Assembly: GCA_965644295.1 (NCBI GenBank)
Contig: CBFFRP010000089.1
Coordinates: forward strand, 1-64,000
Reading direction: 5' to 3'
Length of the DNA stretch: 64,000 nt
Origin: Paraphysomonas bandaiensis
Taxonomy: Eukaryota; Protista; Chrysophyceae
Below, in pieces: positions 62,601 to 64,000 of this stretch (its first letter is position 1; every line of letters begins with the position of its first letter). A program made the position numbers and the translations under genes. The notes under the pieces were generated by a model, which worked only from the letters and a program-made list of their open reading frames with translations, had not been told where the DNA came from and did no database searches.

Positions 62601-64000
62601 CTAAACTTTCGACGAGCATAAACATTGAGAAGAGCAGGGGCAAGTACTTCAACCCGTAAATAGTAATGAGTTAACAGTGCGATTGCACTACATCGCAGGT
62701 GTTCATACGAATGATTGATGAAGTTCGTGAGAACATAAGAGCCAAAGCTCTCTATACCCCTGGCAACTTCAGTGAGGGCATTGACTATTTTTCTTCCCTG
62801 CTCCTTTACTATCAAACAGAGAAGTAGTTGAATAACTTCCTCCAGCACAACATGGTCCATACAGGTACTTGTAAAGTAATATATAGGTCGAATCTGTGAT
62901 ACATTTAAGCCATTGAATACCATCACCATTACCATGGAGAACAAAGAATCACGAAGAGATTTTCTTTGGCACGCCGTCAGTTTAGTGACAGGATTATCTT
63001 GGTTTATGTCGTCAGATAACTCCATCTTTTTACTATTGTCTTCAGTAACTTGAGATCCACTTTCAGTTTCAGAATCATCACTATCAGTACAATCCACAAA
63101 ACGTTGAGATGAATCGAAATGGCAGCTTGTTTTCCTACTAATTTCTCGCACTAAAGGTACACGAGACTGACATGGCACCGGCCCTGAAGATCCGGACACA
63201 ACTTGTTCTGAAGTGCTTTCAACACCTGCAGAAAGTGCTGCATTTATATCAATTTCGCTCATACGCCTATTCACACTCTGTTTAAAGGATGCCGAAGATC
63301 TTGATGCCGATCGCGTTTTCTTGTCTAATGTCACAGTTCTCCCTGCTTCACCTTCTTTACTATCAATAATATCTGTCTGAGTGCTATTTCCCACACTGTC
63401 TAAATAGTAAGTGCTAACACTATCCAGAATTAACTGAACACCAATAACTCCCATAAACGCTTCTGTTTGAGCCTGCAAACTGGCAAGAATTACCGAATAT
63501 AGCGAACTTTGTAATGAGAAAGATGCACATGACCAAATTTTAAAATTACACAACAACTGCTTCGTCACAGCTGCTTCAAGAGGTGGGAAATCTTGAGTAG
63601 CAGAGCGCAATTTAAGTAAAGCCAGAATGCAACTTTCATCTTCTTCTTTCAAGATGTAAGCTCCCAATGGCATGCCTGTAAGAATGTATTCCACCATATC
63701 CACTCCCCCAAGGCGGAAAAAATCATTTCGGTTTACTCGGTGCTGATTTACACACCCAGCAATTATAAACAAGAGAAGTGCAATAGGCTTATCTTCTTGA
63801 AACTCATCCTTGTCACATACCAGAGCTTGAATAGTCTTGACGTCAAGTACATTGAGGATGTCATCCTCGCAAAGAACTTCGATAATTGAAGTTCCTAAAC
63901 CCACATTTGTGAATTGCATTGCGGGCAGTTGTCGTCTCTGCGCTGTCAAAGACATTCCATCATCTATAACCTCCCATATAGCTTTCCCCGAACCAACACC
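56605..64000 (-). CDS. Large BEACH-domain protein (ARM/DUF region - PH - BEACH - WD40; neurobeachin/LRBA/Lvs-like); 5' end outside window
   Basis: RRYLLQNSGVELF (PH); [63 protein letters not shown] (BEACH); SCGYWD, VTGGSDCTCRVW, LWGHDSPV (WD40). Confidence 0.96.

Noticed and set aside
1-64000. tRNA/rRNA genes, prokaryotic operons or defence systems
   Set aside because: None recognisable by eye; host genes are mostly intron-containing eukaryotic genes. A covariance-model scan was not run.

Overview
Eukaryotic nuclear DNA: about 40% GC, short GT-AG introns, compact genes. It is most consistent with a protist, possibly a stramenopile (inference only). Bases 1-11.6 kb are a transposon island. 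It holds the 3' end of a Ty1/copia element, joined to the 5' ~7.5 kb of an unusual non-LTR retrotransposon whose second ORF reads OTU-like x3, SET domain, APE endonuclease (RT deleted). It also holds a hAT relic and an inverted copy of the 3' end of a nearby EF-hand gene. From 11.8 to 51 kb, most host genes sit in seven head-to-head pairs: Kelch/UNC-50, RNase H1-HARP-HARP/HAD-like, PBZ-C2H2-Tudor-DOT1-like/PP2C, ankyrin/FN3-nucleoredoxin, Era/CAMK, RMD1/DDX3, and small mitochondrial protein/CNOT10. Decayed repeats separate some pairs. The window ends inside a large PH-BEACH-WD40 gene. The best novelty candidate is the LINE encoding putative deubiquitinase and lysine-methyltransferase modules, with a repeated QGxxFSxDNSGDGP motif and an in-frame UGA-C ORF1/ORF2 junction. 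The RNase H1-tandem-HARP fusion and the multi-reader DOT1-like protein come next. All domain calls are by-eye motif recognition; no searches were run.
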